DNA from: Vicugna vicugna
Lineage: Eukaryota
Direction: 5' to 3'
Length of the DNA: 64,000 nucleotides
Assembly: GCA_013265495.1 (NCBI GenBank)
Contig: MU058337.1
Span: forward strand, 188,001-252,000
Below the pieces are notes generated by a model that worked only from the letters and a program-made list of their open reading frames with translations, ran no database searches and was not told the origin of the DNA. Shown here piece after piece: positions 40,780-53,640 of this stretch (the first letter of the stretch is position 1; the number at the start of each line of letters is the position of its first letter). The position numbers and the translations under genes were made by a program.

Positions 40780-41267
40780 AAAGCTATCCTACCGCCCCTC
40801 CAGAACCCTGGTTTCCTAAATCCAAGACCCAGCACAGTGGCCTCAAGGCCCTTCATGATCGGGCTCCCTGTTATTTCTCTGACCTGTCTTCCTGCCACTC
40901 TCCCTTATCCACTCGCTTTGCTCCAGCCCTTGCCCTGCTTCCTGTTCCTAAAACACTTGCGTCTCTTCTGTTATCCTGTGGCCTTTGCCCTCCCTTTCTT
41001 CAGTTTCTGCTCAGGGGATGGTTGGTCTGGGAGCCCTCCGCTGGGGACTTGCATGAAATCCCCACCCCTCTCCCCCACTGAGCGGTCTTCATCCCTTTCT
41101 GAGCTGTCACGTACTTACTTTCTCATCGTCTGGCCTCACACAGGTACGACGCAGCCCCCTGGGAGGAGGGGGCTTTTCTGTTCTGTTCCCTGCTTTATCG
41201 ACAGCACCGTGAGCAGGTCCCGCCACACAGAGCTGCTCTCAATATTTTTTTGTTGAATAAGTGAATC
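40780..41267 (+). mobile_element. L2 3' region
   Basis: CAAGGCCCTTCATGATC...GCTCTCAATATTTTTTTGTTGAATAAGTGAAT. Confidence 0.75.
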
Positions 41268-41287
41268 TATCATAATCTTTTGTTCTG

Positions 41288-41400
41288 TTCAAATTAATTT
41301 GTTTGTCAATATACTCATTGATGAATTCCAAAATCTACAGATTTTCTACAGTCTTCCAGGTGCTGGAGATAAAGTAATAAATAAGAGTCATGATCCTTCC
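41288..41400 (-). mobile_element. L2 3' tail (antisense)
   Basis: CCAGGTGCTGGAGATAAAGTAATAAATAAGAGTCATGATCC. Confidence 0.55.
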
Positions 41401-41419
41401 CCTCTGCCTTCGTCCACCC

Positions 41420-41990
41420 CTGAGTGGCGCAGTGACTGCCTTGTTGCTAAATTCAGTGGATTCGTTTCCAGCCTCTGTGTAGCATCTCGTACTTTACCAT
41501 CTCCTTCTTTTCAAAATACCATTTTCTCTTGCCTTTACTCATTCTTTGATTTTCCTTTTATATCTCTGGCCACTCCTCTGCCTCCTTCGCTGTTTCTTCT
41601 CTTCACCTCGTCCCTGCAGTTGGTGTTCCCTGGGACTTGGCTCCAAGAGTCCATTCTCCTAGATGCTAGACTCTCCTTTACCCAGGCAACTGTATACATT
41701 CTCGTTTCTTTAAATATTATTTATATGTTGGTGGCATCAAAGTTTCTGGGTCCAGCTCAAATCTCTACTTGCTCTCTTGCCTATCTCCAGCTCCCAGAAC
41801 AAAGTCCAGCCCGTTGTAGGCTCTTAAAGACATTTACGGAATTATTTGATGAGTAATCATCTCCCCTGAGCTTCAGGATCAAATATCCTCAGCGTCTCTG
41901 TGTGACTGTCCCATAAATACCTTAAATTCTGCACTCTCCATAGAAAACCCGACATCTCCTCCCCCAGAGTCCCCTGTCTGTTGTGTCTCT
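41420..41990 (+). mobile_element. L2 internal fragment
   Basis: CAGTGACTGCCTTGTTGCTAAATTCAGTGG and pyrimidine-rich L2 ORF-like sequence; explains ORF 41299-41856. Confidence 0.6.
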
Positions 41991-42344
41991 TCCTCATTGA
42001 GTGATGCTGCCATCAACACGGTTTTCCATGCTGGAAACTTCCACATCTTTCTCGATTTGTTCTTTTTCCTCAGCCCAAAACATTTCAGGAGGAGCTTGCA
42101 AACTATCCTCTTTACATCTACATGCTGGAAAAGCCAAAGTCTTATTTGCTGTCCAGAAGGAATGGCTGCAAAAGCAGACTGGGGGAGCTTCTTTGGACCG
42201 GATGTAGGTTAAAGAAGCAGAGAAGCTGGAAGGCCAAACAAGAGCCCTTCTGTGTTCAGCACTTTCTCTCTTTTTCTCTCTAACATATATCACATATGCA
42301 TTATATATATATACACCACATACATATATGTCTTTATATGTGTA

Positions 42345-42512
42345 TCTTTTTATTTTAATTGAAATACAGTTACAATGTGTCCATTTCTGGTGTACAGCAC
42401 AACGTCCCAGTCTTGCATATACATACATATATTTGTTTTCATATTCTTTTTCATTAAATGTTATTACAAGATATTGAATGTAGTTCCCTGCGTTGTGCAG
42501 AAGAAACTTTTA
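42345..42512 (-). mobile_element. Lineage-specific L1 3' tail embedded in (TA)/(CA)-rich simple repeats
   Basis: TTGAAATACAGTTACAATG...TTACAAGATATTGAATGTAGTTCCCTG. Confidence 0.8.
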
Positions 42513-42639
42513 TATGTGTATCTTTATATATGTATACTATCACACACACAATTATACACTCTCTATATATACTTTCTCTCTGTATACACACACACACATG
42601 CACCATACCTACACATATAAACATGTGTGTATGTGTGTA

Positions 42640-44350
42640 CATATTCATAAAGGTACCACCCAGATCAAGCTGCAGATCATTTCCGGCATCCAGAAGACTC
42701 CCTTGTGCTCCTTGCTGGCTAATGTCTGGACCCTGAAGGCAATTACTGTCTCATTTCAATCACTATGTGTCGATTTTCCTAATCTTGACCCATACTGTAA
42801 AAAGATATGGCACATTCTCTTTCACTCTCTAGTTTTTGCTCATCCTTGTCTCTGTGGGATTCATCCATGCTACATGTAGGATTCTTGATTGCCTTTCCCT
42901 TTTCACTGCCATGCAGTATTCCACTGAAGCAGCATTCCACACTTTTTTATCCATTCTCCATGCATTATGCTGGATTTAAAGATAGATACTTGTGAATTTC
43001 TAATTTATTAGTAGCTTTTATCAGGAATGAGGTAGAATTTTATTAATTAGATATCAACCTAAATCAAGATGTTGCTTTTTTTCCTTTGATAAATTAATAT
43101 GTTATAATGCATTCATTTATTTCTAAAGGGAAGCTATTTGCCTGTTAAATTTTTTGGTAATTTCTTTTTTGGATTTTAAATATTTTCTGAAGTTAACTTT
43201 TAGATATTTCATTTTTCCGAGATAAACACTGTTTCATCCAATTTTCAAATTATTAGCTTGGCATTTAGCAGTGTAACCACATTTAACCATTTTTATTTAT
43301 TTTCTAAGTCTTTACTATTATTTATTTTGTCTCTTTTATCTTAAGTTAATTACTTCTTGGTTTTTATGCAAATGACCAATTTTTGCATTTGTGTATTAAT
43401 TATGAAATTTCTGCACTGGTAATTAATTGAAGCTTTCATACTTATCATTTTCTTTTGCTTTCTATAGAATTATTTTAATTGTTTGGATAAGGATTTCATT
43501 CTATAGTTGAGTTTTTCTTCTATTTTCATGCTAAATTTATTTTATTCCTTGTGTGTTTCTGATCATCGCCCTTAAGCCCATATTCCACTTTATCTGTGAA
43601 ATCCCCTGGGGCCTGTTTTAAGGTTATATTTCTCCAGAGAAGAATGGCATTTGTTTTTCCAGAATCCTGGGCTCAGTGCCCTCCTGACGCTACTTTAAGT
43701 TAAATTATTTGCCAAGGCTCTTCACAGACTGGCAGGCAGTGTGAGTTCATGTTGAAAACTGGCTGAAGAACTGGGTTGTGGTTATAAGTTCTAAAAGGAT
43801 TTCCTCTCCTCTCCACCGAGAGTGGCTGTCCATCCCCAGCACGTGGTTATGACATAACGAGAAACAGTGTCTCATCCTCTTAAAAGTGTCCCAGCTCAGG
43901 AGGCATACTCTGCGATCACTCAGCGCTCAGGCTGTTACGGTGGGTCCTCTTGCTGCCCCGTTCGGGGCGGCAGGTTTAGCCCTTGCTTTCCTTCACAGAC
44001 AGTGTGCTAACCCTTTGGGGCCAGCTCTGCTCAGAGTATTCCCACTAGACTTTCAGCCTAGGCTAGCCCTGGTGTACATCTCTGTCTTCGGTCCTCCTTA
44101 CCCTATGTAGCCATCAGAATGAACGCTCGCTTCCATCAGAGTCCCTGGCACAGCCCTTGGAAGAGACGTTTGCTTGGAGCAGTCTGCAGTATGAACAATA
44201 GTGGTGACAGTGGATTCAGGATGGCCCTAGACCTTTATCCTCCCTTGAGCATTAATCATCATAAGAGAGCTCTTTCTGTCTTTCAATATTTTTGCCTTGA
44301 ATTCAACTGCAATCTCATGAGCCCTGAGTTCCTTTTGCATATACATTTAT
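42640..44350 (-). mobile_element. Mosaic of very old L1 fragments (3' end, ORF2, probable 5' region)
   Basis: GGGATTCATCCATGCTAC, TTTTATCAGGAATGA, and T-rich antisense L1 composition. Confidence 0.5.
43015..43260 (+). repeat. Direct repeat copy A (pairs with 50130-50380)
   Basis: Collinear blocks TTTTATCAGGA / AATCAAGATGTTGCTTTTT / GGGAAGCT / GATTTTAAATATTTTCTGA / ATCCAATTTTCA / TTATTAGCTT. Confidence 0.9.
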
Positions 44351-46083
44351 CAGCTGATTATTTCCTTTCCAACAAGTCTTTGTGAGTATGCTCTAAAATG
44401 CATTACTTTGTGCACACAGGTTACATTTTTTATCAAAACAGAAAGAATTTCCTTTAATTGGTTTTTCTTATCTCATTTACAATTGCTGATATGATAAGCA
44501 AGTTTGATCTCAGTTTTTTCATAGTTTCTATGTTTTCTTTTCCATTTCCTTTTGAATGATTTTTCTATTTTTTTCTCTTTTACTTCATGGTCTTTGTGTT
44601 TTTAATTTGGTGTGTGTGTATGTATATGTGTGCGTGTGTGTTCCTTTGTATTGAAACTTCCTTTTTTAAACGTTAACAATATGTTTTCAGTACTTAAAAA
44701 AAATACTTAGGCAGGTGAACAATAATAAGAAATGAAGCTATGTTTATCTCTGCTTTCCTCTCATTTCCAGATAGGGAAAATGAAACATTATGAATACCTC
44801 ATTCACGGCTCACGCGGAGCCTGCTCCCCACTCAGCCTCCATTCAGTCTCCACCTCAGCTCTTGAAAGACTTTCCTCAGTTTTAATAATAATAAATAAAT
44901 ATTATGCAAACCAATCAACCAACAAGCCTCGCCTGAACCCTCATTTTATTATGCTGTTTTTGCATGATTTACCATCCTGGTTGTAAGTCACTTTATGTGA
45001 GTGTCATGTTCACTCACATAACGTGAGCAGAAGGCTCTGGTGTAAACCGAGCCCTCTTGCAGTGCATACATCCTAGACACAGTGGCGATTTTTATGCAGT
45101 GAGAAGACTTTCAAGTCCAAGTGAATCACAGGACTCAGTTTTAGCATTTCTCAAATCAATTACCTGCTGTTGAATTATCACTTAGACGTTTTCTTTAAAG
45201 TATTCGGCAGCAGGGATTTATGTAAAGTTGTAAACTATCTTTGAGCCAGTTTATTGAAAGGTGTGGTGACTACCAGGTAATTGACTCTCAAGTTCAGCAG
45301 GTTCGTGTAGGTAGACACAAGTGAACAAGACCCAGGAGGGTATATTCACCTTGGCTCTGCTCAGAGACTCAAGACAAAAAATTCAATAAACCTGTATGGC
45401 TCTTATCAGTAAATGTCTGGATTATAAATTGTTTAGAACACATTGTAAAAAATTGTTGAATTCCCATCTTTCAGACCTTTAACAAGCCAGACATTTGAAA
45501 TGTCAATCACAAAATAATTTTTTAAAGATGGAAAGAAAAAGATAAAAAAGAAACCACTTTAAACATTTGCATGCTTCTATTACTAGATAAGATATTTCTG
45601 GTTCCCTTTTCACTTGGACTGAAACAAAGATTTTAAAGTGTGTAGAAAACATTCACGCTTCAAAGTCTAGCTGCTACAATATAATCAGCCCCCTTTTATA
45701 CAGAGAATGAGAAAGCTTTTGCTAGATTGGCGGTCCTTGCTGTCTTACGTAAAATATGTTTTGGTTCAGCACTCTATGTAAATTGCAGGGAAAAAAAAGG
45801 GGATTTTATCGTAATCTGTACTGGCTATAGCTATTAGGTTTTTGTAAACCTGGATCCTGGATTTAGCATCCATTTCCTCATCTTAAAATGAAAGAAAGAA
45901 GAGATAACAAGTAAAAAGAAACGTAAATTTGATTTATTGCAAAGACAATTATTCTTTTATTTTTATAATGTATTCAAATTCTGCATGGAGATGAGACTAA
46001 TTCTAGCTAAATTCTTAAAGAAAAGGCATAGACATCACTTCTTAAATTAGTAAAAATCCTACAACATACAGCTTCCCTCTTTT

Positions 46084-46240
46084 AAAAAAAATTTTTTTAG
46101 TTTATTTTTACCCTTTTTTGGCGAGGGAGGTATTTATGTTATTCATTTATTAATTTATTTTGATGGAGGTACTGGGGATTGAACCCAGGACCTTGTACAT
46201 GCTAAGCATGTGCTCTACCACTGAGCTATACCCTCCCTGC
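46084..46240 (-). mobile_element. tRNA-Ala-derived camelid SINE with perfect 16-bp TSD
   Basis: Reverse-complement SINE head at ~46163-46237; TACAGCTTCCCTCTTT at 46067-46082 and 46241-46256. Confidence 0.95.
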
Positions 46241-46824
46241 TACAGCTTCCCTCTTTAATCAGGAATTGACTAGACTTATTTGGGTGTTTATACCAAATAT
46301 GTTCTTGGTCAATATTTGAGTTCTTTTTTCCACTGTTGCCTGGTTTTACTCTTTTGCTCTCCTTATAGTTTTCCCTGGATTAAAAGAAAAAGTGTTCAAG
46401 AGAGACAGTGGTCCTGCCCTGCTATTTATTTATTAAGGCGAATGTGAGTCAGTTTCTCATACTAGGGCAAAGACACTTACCAGCAGAAAGGCACTGCAAG
46501 CACAGTGTGAAGCGGAGACGCAGCGGTTCCTAACGGTGCCCCAAGAGATATGAGGTGGGTGCTCCTTGGGAGACCAACTCTGCTGGGAAGTATGGGGCTG
46601 GAAAGTGACTCAGGCATGCTTCGCAGGAGCTTCAGAGGTGAGGCGGTGCAGCAGCAGGGGAGGTCCCGTGTTGGCTCTCTGTCTCTCCAGACTCCGGCTC
46701 CTCTGCTCCGGACCCCTCCAGGACGGAAGGCAAGGCTGCAGGAAGAACGTGCAGTCTGGGTTAGAATCCCAGCAAATTTATTCAAGAACAAATTTCCTTA
46801 TGGAAAACTAGAAATTAAAGCCTT

Positions 46825-47960
46825 AATCACAGCAAAAGAAAACAACAGCAAAATGAAAAGGCAAATCATATATCAGGAGTTATCATAAACCATATACAAG
46901 GAGTTAGTATCCAAAGTGTATAAAGAATTCATACAACTCAAGAACAAAACCAAACAATCCAATTTAAAAATGAGCAGAAGACTTGAATAGGCAATTTTCC
47001 AAAGAAGATACACAAATAGCCAACAGGTACTTGAAAAGAAGCTCAGCAGCACTCATCATCAGGAAAAGGATAATCCAAACCACAATGGGCGGTCACCTCA
47101 GACCTGATAGGATACCCATTACCAAGAAGACAAGAGACAGCAGGGTTTGGCAAGGATGTGGAGAGAAGGGAGCCCTGTGCACCATTGGTGGGAATGTAAA
47201 TTGGTGCAGTGACTATGGAAGACAGTATGGAGTTTCCTCAAAAAGCTAAAAATAGAACTACCATGTATCCAGCAATGCCACTTCTGGGTACATATATGAA
47301 GGAAACAAAAGCTCTCTCTCCAAGCTATTTCTGCACTGCTGTGTTCACTGCAGAATTATTTACAACAGCCAAGATGTGGAAACAATCCATCTATCAAGGA
47401 TAAATGGATAAAGACAAATGTGGTATGTGTGTGTGTGTGTATCAACACATATACATATACATATATATACACACACACACATACATAATGGAAAATTATT
47501 TAGCCATAAAAATAAAAGGCCATTATGCTAAATAAGTCAGACAGAGAAAGACAAATACTATATGATCTCACTTATATGCAGAATCTAAACAAACGTGAAT
47601 TCATAGATATAGAGATCAGACTGGTGGTTGCCAGAGATGGATGGCGGGGTGGGGCAAAGTGGATGAAGGTGGTCAAAAGACATAATCTTCTAGTTAGAAA
47701 ATAAGTAAGTCATGGAGGTGTAAGGTACTGCATGGTGACTATAGTTAAAAATACTCTCTTGTATATTTGCAGTTACTAAAAGGCTAGATCTTAAAAGTTT
47801 CCTTCACAAGAAAAAGAATTAACTATGTGGAGTGTGGATGTTAACTAAGTTTAATGTGGTAATCATTTCACAATATGTACATATATCAAGTCATTATGTT
47901 GTACATATTAAACTAAGATAATGCTATATTTCAATTGTATTTCAATAAAACTGGAAAAAT
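46825..47960 (+). mobile_element. L1MA-type ORF2 C-terminus plus 3' UTR
   Basis: ORFs 46983-47249 ([18 protein letters not shown]) and 47209-47403 ([23 protein letters not shown]) are decayed L1 ORF2p; ends CAATAAAACTGGAAAAAT. Confidence 0.92.
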
Positions 47961-48159
47961 AAATAGATAAAGCTTTAGTCAATAGAGAACATCTAAATCT
48001 GAACGCCAAGAACTCAAGATACTTCGTCAAGATATATGGATATAGATATAGATATATTGGTCTTAAAATTAGTAATGGACATAGTTGAAAAAAAAGAATT
48101 ACTGTGCTTTCAATACAAAGGCAAGTTGAAATACAACATAGATAACAATCTGTCCACGT

Positions 48160-48425
48160 AATTTTTATCTACGATTCACATAGCATGAACTTTACCCGTT
48201 TACAGTGTGCAGTGCAGTGGTTTTAGCCCATTCAGAGATGTGCCATCACTGCCACCAGCTAATTCCAGGACATCACCCTCAAAAGACACAGCTTCCCCAT
48301 TAGCAATGACCCCCTATTTCCTTCTCCCCACAGCTCCAGACAAACACTAACCTACTTTCTGTCTTTATGGTTCTGTTTACTCAGGACATTTTATATAAAT
48401 GAAATCATAAAATATGTGGTCACAA
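48160..48425 (-). mobile_element. L1MB-type 3' end
   Basis: CAGTGGTTTTAG...CACTAACCTACTTTCTGTCTTTATGG...GGACATTTTATATAAATGAAATCAT. Confidence 0.8.
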
Positions 48426-49659
48426 AATGGATACTCTCAAATAAACTTAATCTGAAATAGAAGAAAATTGTTTTGCTTTAGTTCACTGTCATAGTATTGC
48501 TCTCTTTTACAAAGCTGTGTTACAAGTTAGTGCATGAATAAGGTACCCTTGGGTTGATTGGCCAAAAGTATACATTGTGATAACGACAACCCTTTAAATT
48601 TCCCATAAAGAAAAAAATACCTGGTCACTAATCCAGCTTTTCATTTCATTCCTTCCTTTTAGAACTAAGTATTCCCATGGCGATGCTAGTGACTCGAGGA
48701 CAACAATTAGGTTGGCTAACTTATTTTTCCTGTAAAATTGCTCCCTTGCTTGGCTGTTTAAGGGTATGCATAGGTGATCAAAATCAATAAGAGCAAATTA
48801 CTAACAAACATGAGGCTGCAACATGCCTGTTTAAAGAGCGTGTTTATTCTGTCTTTACTGGGACTTCCTACTGGAAGAAGGCAATCTACCCTGCCCAGTG
48901 CGGTGGGAAAACTGCGTATGAGACCCTGCAAGTCTCTCAGGGCACAGGGGGGAGATGGGCAGTGGTTACAGTAGGGTTGTTCCTACAAAGTGGCAGGCTT
49001 CCTCGGCTTCTCCTGAGAATGAAGTAGATGTGGTCACAAAAAGTGCAACAGGGTTCAATTTGTTACTGATGAAAAGAAACCTCGGGCACAGTCACCCCAG
49101 CTTGTCACCGGGGGGAGAAATGCCGCCATTACGAAGCCAGCTCCTCATCAGGAGGAACGCTCCCCCCGCTGGGGAAGTTCACTCTCCAACCTGGAACTCG
49201 CTGATGTGAATGGAGAGGGTGCACTGCCGCCACCGGAAACATGAAGAAATAAAAATAAACACCAGAAACAATGACTGAGTCCTTGCCTCTGCCCCAAGCC
49301 ACCCCCTTCTCTTTCCTTTACCTCTTCCAGCACCCGAGGAAACATCCCCTGTGGGCAAGGTAGGCCTAGCAGATGTGAGTTGATGGTATGAGTTAAACAT
49401 GGGATTCTAGCAACCGTGAAAGGTCATTCCACTGGCACGCTGCGGTGTAATTTTAATCATTAGCGGGTTTAGTATCATCATCATCATCATTAATATAGTA
49501 TTTCTAAAAAGCAAATAAATTACCCAAGACAGACTTACATAGGATGTTTTGAGCCCTGGATATCTAGGGGGAAAAGGATAGTTCCAGAAGTGGAGACATC
49601 CAGAGACGAAGGCTCATTGCCTCTGTCTCACACAAGTCTGCCAAGCTCTAGGGACGGTG

Positions 49660-50100
49660 CCTTGCTCTGGGCGTGCAGGGATGATAACGCAAACTCACTG
49701 TTTTAGAGAACTCAGTCTAGGCAGTGGTGGTAACATCCCCAAAGAGAGTGCGCGATTAAAGACAGAATCGTAGGGTGGGTTTCAGTTCATGTGAACGTCA
49801 GGGCCAGGCCTGAGGCTTGAAAAATGAGTTAAGCATTTATCAAGAAGAGAGGAAGGTGACAGACTTTTTAGAGACAAGAAATTACTGACAATGTAATGGG
49901 GAGAAAATATCAAGGTCAGATAAACAAAAATTCCTCGAAGCACTTGAAGCACAGTACAGTGTAGCAAGCTGGTGTAACAGAGAAACAAGCCAGGGCTGGT
50001 TCCTTAAGGGTGTGTGTGCGTGTGCGTGTGTGCTCTAATGAGAAGTGTCAATTATTTAAACAGCGGAAGAGACCCATTGGAGTAATTCATAGAGAAAGGC
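49660..50100 (-). mobile_element. L2 fragment
   Basis: AGAGAACTCAGTCTAGG...GAGGCTTGAAAAATGAGT, antisense L2 pattern. Confidence 0.45.
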
Positions 50101-50129
50101 ACCACAACCTGCCTTAGTGTACGAAAGTC

Positions 50130-50380
50130 ATTTTATCAGGAGTGATGTAGCATTTTCTCAGATTTTCCGCCTCAATCAAGATGTTGCTTTTTCCCCTTTT
50201 GATACATTAATAGGTTATCATGTATTCGTTTATTTCTCAGGGGAAGCTGTTTTCCTATTTCCTTCAAATGTTTTGCTGATAATTTCTTTCTTAGATTTTA
50301 AATATTTTCTGAGGTTGACTTTAAGTCTTTCATTTTCCCTAGATAATCATCACTTTATCCAATTTTCAGATTATTAGCTT
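50130..50380 (+). repeat. Direct repeat copy B (pairs with 43015-43260)
   Basis: Same collinear blocks as copy A. Confidence 0.9.
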
Positions 50381-52200
50381 AGAGCTGAACAGTAGCCTGA
50401 GTGCTTAAGATTTAGAGAATCGTTTCTGTTGTTTAGGATGGGACGAACTTAAACACGTGGTGCTGTGGAAGAGGACTCAGCAGGGAGGAAGAAGTTAAGG
50501 ATGAAGGGAAAAGGCATGTTTAGGGGTCAAGGACCCACAGGAAATGGGAGGCAGGGGCATCTGCAGAAATGCTGGAAGGTTCCTCTCCCTCTCACTTGTC
50601 TCTGATGCTCTTACTTCTTGTTTCACAAGGAAAAGGGAAGTCACCGGCAGAGACCTTGCTCAGCCCCGCATCACCACCTCTCTCGATGTGCAGCTCCAGT
50701 GCCTGTCCCTCTGCATCCTCTCCTTGCCGAGGATGGGCTGGCCACCATCCTCCCCACTAGCGGCCTGGGTATCACTCCCTCCCGCTTTCTCACAGATGTC
50801 ACACTGGTAGCCCCAGCGTTGTCCTCCTGTACAGCGTCATGGCCACCATCACACACACATGTGCTTTTCATTCTCTTAATGGAACCAAATGATAAAACCA
50901 AAACCCAACATTCTATCTGTTCCGTTTGCCCCTCCACGTTTTCCGTGTCTCCTCTCAGCAGAACTCCTGGCGCTACATTTTCCCTCACTCCCCCCGGCAA
51001 TGCGTTTAGAAATTGCATTTGTTTGTTTACTCAGATTTTTCATCTGGGTGCTGAGATGTGAGAGAAAGTCATCTTACAGATTCTGGTTGGCATTTTACAA
51101 CGTGGGGAGGACGCAAGGATAAACGTGATTGCTCTTCTTGAAAATTAACTTGATGGAGGAGGCGGCAACTGGGAACACCTGCTCTCTGAGTCCGGGGTGT
51201 CCTCTGCGGGGAACTCTATTTACTGCACAGCTTGGCGGGCTTGATCTGTTCGGGCGTCTGTGGCTGTGACAGGGACCCTGAGCAGAGGGCAGCTCCGCCG
51301 CAGCTTTCTGTTTATCGAGTCTCCGGCTCTGTTGCAGACCCTCGGGGCAGGGATCAGCGCTGGGCGCCTCTGCATACGGAGCAGCAGCAAAGCTACACTG
51401 CGGTTTCAAACCATCTGTTAGTTTGTTTTCTTGTCTTCGGAGGCTTGTTTATCCCTTGACTTGCGGTTATGGTTTTATTTAAATTTGATTTTAGATTAGA
51501 CAAAAAGTCTTTGTTTTTTCTGATGCTTTCTTGCCCTTGGCTTTCTCACTGTGGTCCATACTCGATTGGCTTAAGTCTGCTTTTATTATGTGGCCAAGAG
51601 AAGTGATGGAAATAGCACATCGTTTGGGTACTTCCTGTCATTTTCTCTTTCTCCCAGTTTCGAGCAAGTAGTCAGGATCTGTGATTCTTTTCTAAATCTC
51701 TCCTCCCAGGATTTGGGCTGGGAAGACAGCAAAGGCAGTTTGTCTCTCCTTGTCTACTGTAAATCCCTGGACCTGTTGAGGAGATGACCCTGCCTTTTCT
51801 GGAAGCCCTGGGCAGGGGGAAGCCTTGGTAGACAGGAGATGGGGTGGTGCAGTCCCAGAACACCCGGGAGGTGAGACCTATGGCTCCGGAGAGCAGGGTC
51901 TCCTGGCCAGGGGCTCTGATGCCATCCCACCTCCTGGGGTGGCAGAGGGGAGCCCCTCCAGGTGACAGAACTAACGTGGAAATCGCGTCTGGGTACCTAG
52001 GGCAGTGAGGCACGCCCACTGGGCTCACGGGGTCCAGAAGCGTGTGGGTCTTGGTGTGACTCAGGCGGGCTGGGGGTAGAAGGGCTTCTTCGTCACCTTG
52101 ATGCTCAGCGAGACTGGACATGCACAGCGCTTCAGCCTGAACATAAATGACATTTCTTGAACTTTCTATTTTCTGCTTGGGATGCAATTTTTTTCATATA

Positions 52201-52471
52201 CAGTTGATCCTTGAACAAAGCAGGGGCTAAGGGGCACTGAACCTCACAACAGGGGAAAATCCAAGTATACTATGTGGTCAGTACTGCCTGTCGGAGGTTC
52301 CTCCAAGTCCACCGTTCCACACCCATCAGGAGACCCGAGCCCACCATTCCACATCCATCCGGGGATTCAACCAACCACGGATTGCATGGTACCGATGTGT
52401 TGACTATTGAAAAAAACCCATATGTAAGTGGACCCTCCAGGTTCAAACTTGTGTCATTCAAGGGTCAACTA
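52201..52471. mobile_element. Tigger2/MER8-like Tc1-mariner MITE
   Basis: TIRs CAGTTGATCCTTGAA...TTCAAGGGTCAACT preceded by TA; internal GGATTCAACCAACCACGGAT and GTAAGTGGACCC. Confidence 0.85.
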
Positions 52472-52899
52472 CACACACACACACATACACACCTTGCTGA
52501 CCTGAGTTCATGGATTGAGATTCGTATCAGCTACATTTATAAAAAGATTTGAATTTTGTTGGTTTCTGTGTTCAATATTCTACTTACATATACTATTTTA
52601 TGCATATGCCATTTTATTCCACTCTTTTAAGCTGCAGACATGTGTCCTGAGAAATTATTTTCTCAAACGGAGTTTAATAGCCAGCGTTTCTGTCTGTCCC
52701 TGTCTCTGGTAACGGAAAACAGGAAGAGGGACGAGGAGCACAGGTGATTCTCATCACAGATCTCGACTTCTCTGAGGACTTTTTCCAGATATTAAAACGA
52801 TCATCGCAATCACGTTACAAAACAACATCTACTCTTCCTAAGAGATAAACACTCTTTAAATAGTGTGTCTCTTACATTTATTTCTTCACGTGGAAACGC

Positions 52900-53640
52900 G
52901 TGCACACTTACCAGTGCACTCACTCTAAATTCCGTTAGTGCTCCTTGGCCGTATTTCATGAGAGCCCATGATGCACTCTTCTTTATTAGTGGCCCGTTAT
53001 TTATTATTGTGTAAAATGACGGTCCTTTAATTTATAGTTCCATACCCTTAATAATGGGCATAGCGTTGTTTCTTTTCTCTGGTTTACTTTTAAAAACAGC
53101 CTGGGAGATATTTTTGTGTGTACCTGTATGAGTACATAAATCTGAAAGTAGAATTCCTGGCTCAAAAGATTCACATATTTTTGAATTTTGATGTCTTTTG
53201 CCAAAGCAACCTCCACAAATTTATCTCCATTTATACTCTCATAAAAAAATGAAAAGCACACAGGTGGTGTGAATTCAGGCCCCGCAGCAACAGGAGGGTC
53301 CGCCTGTGGTCACAGGTGTGTTTGGGGGAAAATATTTGGTGTGTGCGTTCCCCAGGGCAAGGCGCTGGCTTACATTCCTGTATGCTTGATCTTGAAATTT
53401 TTAAAACTTGAGAGCTTTTAGTATTTACTTGGTGCTTAGCAATGTATTTTTTAAAAGTCTGAAAGTATCGTCTGGCATTCATTTCAGCATTTTGTGCTGA
53501 TGACGCTGCGTGGCTTTTCTGATTGGTCACATTGTCATATCCGGAAGCTTTGTCTTTTTACTTTGCTTCTGATATCACTTTCTATACACAAGTTGTACAT
53601 TTTTATGGGGTCAAATTTGTCCATCTTTCATTTGATAGCA
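52900..53640 (-). mobile_element. Old L1ME fragments
   Basis: AGTAGAATTCCTGGCTCAAA...CCATTTATACTCTCA...TCAAATTTGTCCATCTTT. Confidence 0.55.

Noticed and set aside
40693..41856. 187-aa and 185-aa hydrophobic ORFs
   Set aside because: They overlap pyrimidine-rich L2 remnants; the Leu/Phe/Pro/Ser bias is a composition artefact.
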